NCBI RefSeq assembly: GCF_006345805.1
Contig: NC_043004.1
Span: forward strand, 48,546,001-48,610,000
DNA: 64,000 bases
Direction of reading: 5' to 3'
Source of the DNA: Octopus sinensis
Taxonomy: Eukaryota
A program made the translations under genes and the position numbers. The notes below the pieces were generated by a model. It had not been told where the DNA came from. It worked only from the letters and a program-made list of their open reading frames with translations, and did no database searches. This document shows positions 63,291-64,000 of this stretch, one piece after another (the first letter of the stretch is position 1; the number at the start of each line of letters is the position of its first letter).

Positions 63291-64000
63291 AGGATTATTA
63301 AGAGAGTGGTTATTGTCATTGAATTTCAGTGGATAACCAAAATGTGATGTCTCTATGGAATGGTCATGGCTGGAGTACTCTTAATTATATATCTACTGGA
63401 TCAAGATCAACGTGAGGCTAAACAATGACAACAAGAGATACTTTTTTTTTTTCAAACTTGAAAAAATTAGAAGCAAGTTGGCCTCAGTGGAATTTGAACT
63501 CATGTATACAACTAAATACACATTCATGAAGCCCAAACTATCCAATTTCTGCAGTATTACCACATTACCATATTCTAAGAAAATCATGGACATTATATCA
63601 TTGTATCCAATTTGTGTACATTATGATGTATGTTTATGTCGTTAACTAATTATGACCCAGTGTTATTTGTGATTTTGATATTAATTGAAAGTTGTTTGAT
63701 TTTCATCAATGTGAAACCCTAGGTTCTACGATGTTAGCATTAATTTGATTAAAAAGTTTTTTGATCCATAAAGTTTTCTGGTTTAGTTCCACTGTGTGGC
63801 ATCTTAGATAAATGTGAAAAGCTTATATGCATATGTGTGTGTGTGCATGTGAGAGGGAGAGGGGTTGTGGTGTGTCGTATAGGAATAGGAGGTAAAAAAT
63901 TAATACAAAGTAGGAATTGGTTATATATATATATATATATTCTCTCTTTTTACTGTTTTCAATCATTAGAATACAACCATGCTGGAGCACCACTTTCAAG

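Overview
AT-rich, repeat-saturated eukaryotic genomic DNA. The SINE/LINE families and long (TA)n/(CA)n tracts look like a cephalopod (Octopus-like) genome; this is an inference from repeat style. I could not identify any known protein-coding gene with confidence: there are only a few weak exon candidates and one CpG-undepleted, promoter-like island (~16.6-19.1 kb). Most listed ORFs are microsatellite artefacts or transposon remnants. Recognisable content: RTE and CR1/L2-type LINE fragments, one internally deleted mariner with TIRs, TTAA-flanked piggyBac-type MITEs, Helitron-like non-autonomous elements, several tRNA-derived SINE families, an RTE-tailed family carrying a ~62-bp minisatellite, and a recent 1.4-kb tandem duplication. 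The most interesting signal is invisible to the ORF track: at least five sequence-distinct repeat families carry minimal type I hammerhead ribozyme motifs (7381, 10597, 11389, 21425, 21728, 34522, 43747/45144). Three of them use the compensatory U3-A8 core (UUGAAAA instead of CUGANGA). Several sit in direct- or inverted-repeat architectures typical of Penelope-like pseudo-LTRs or retrozymes, with no Penelope RT/GIY-YIG ORF visible in the window. All folds and alignments were done by eye; element boundaries are approximate unless stated.
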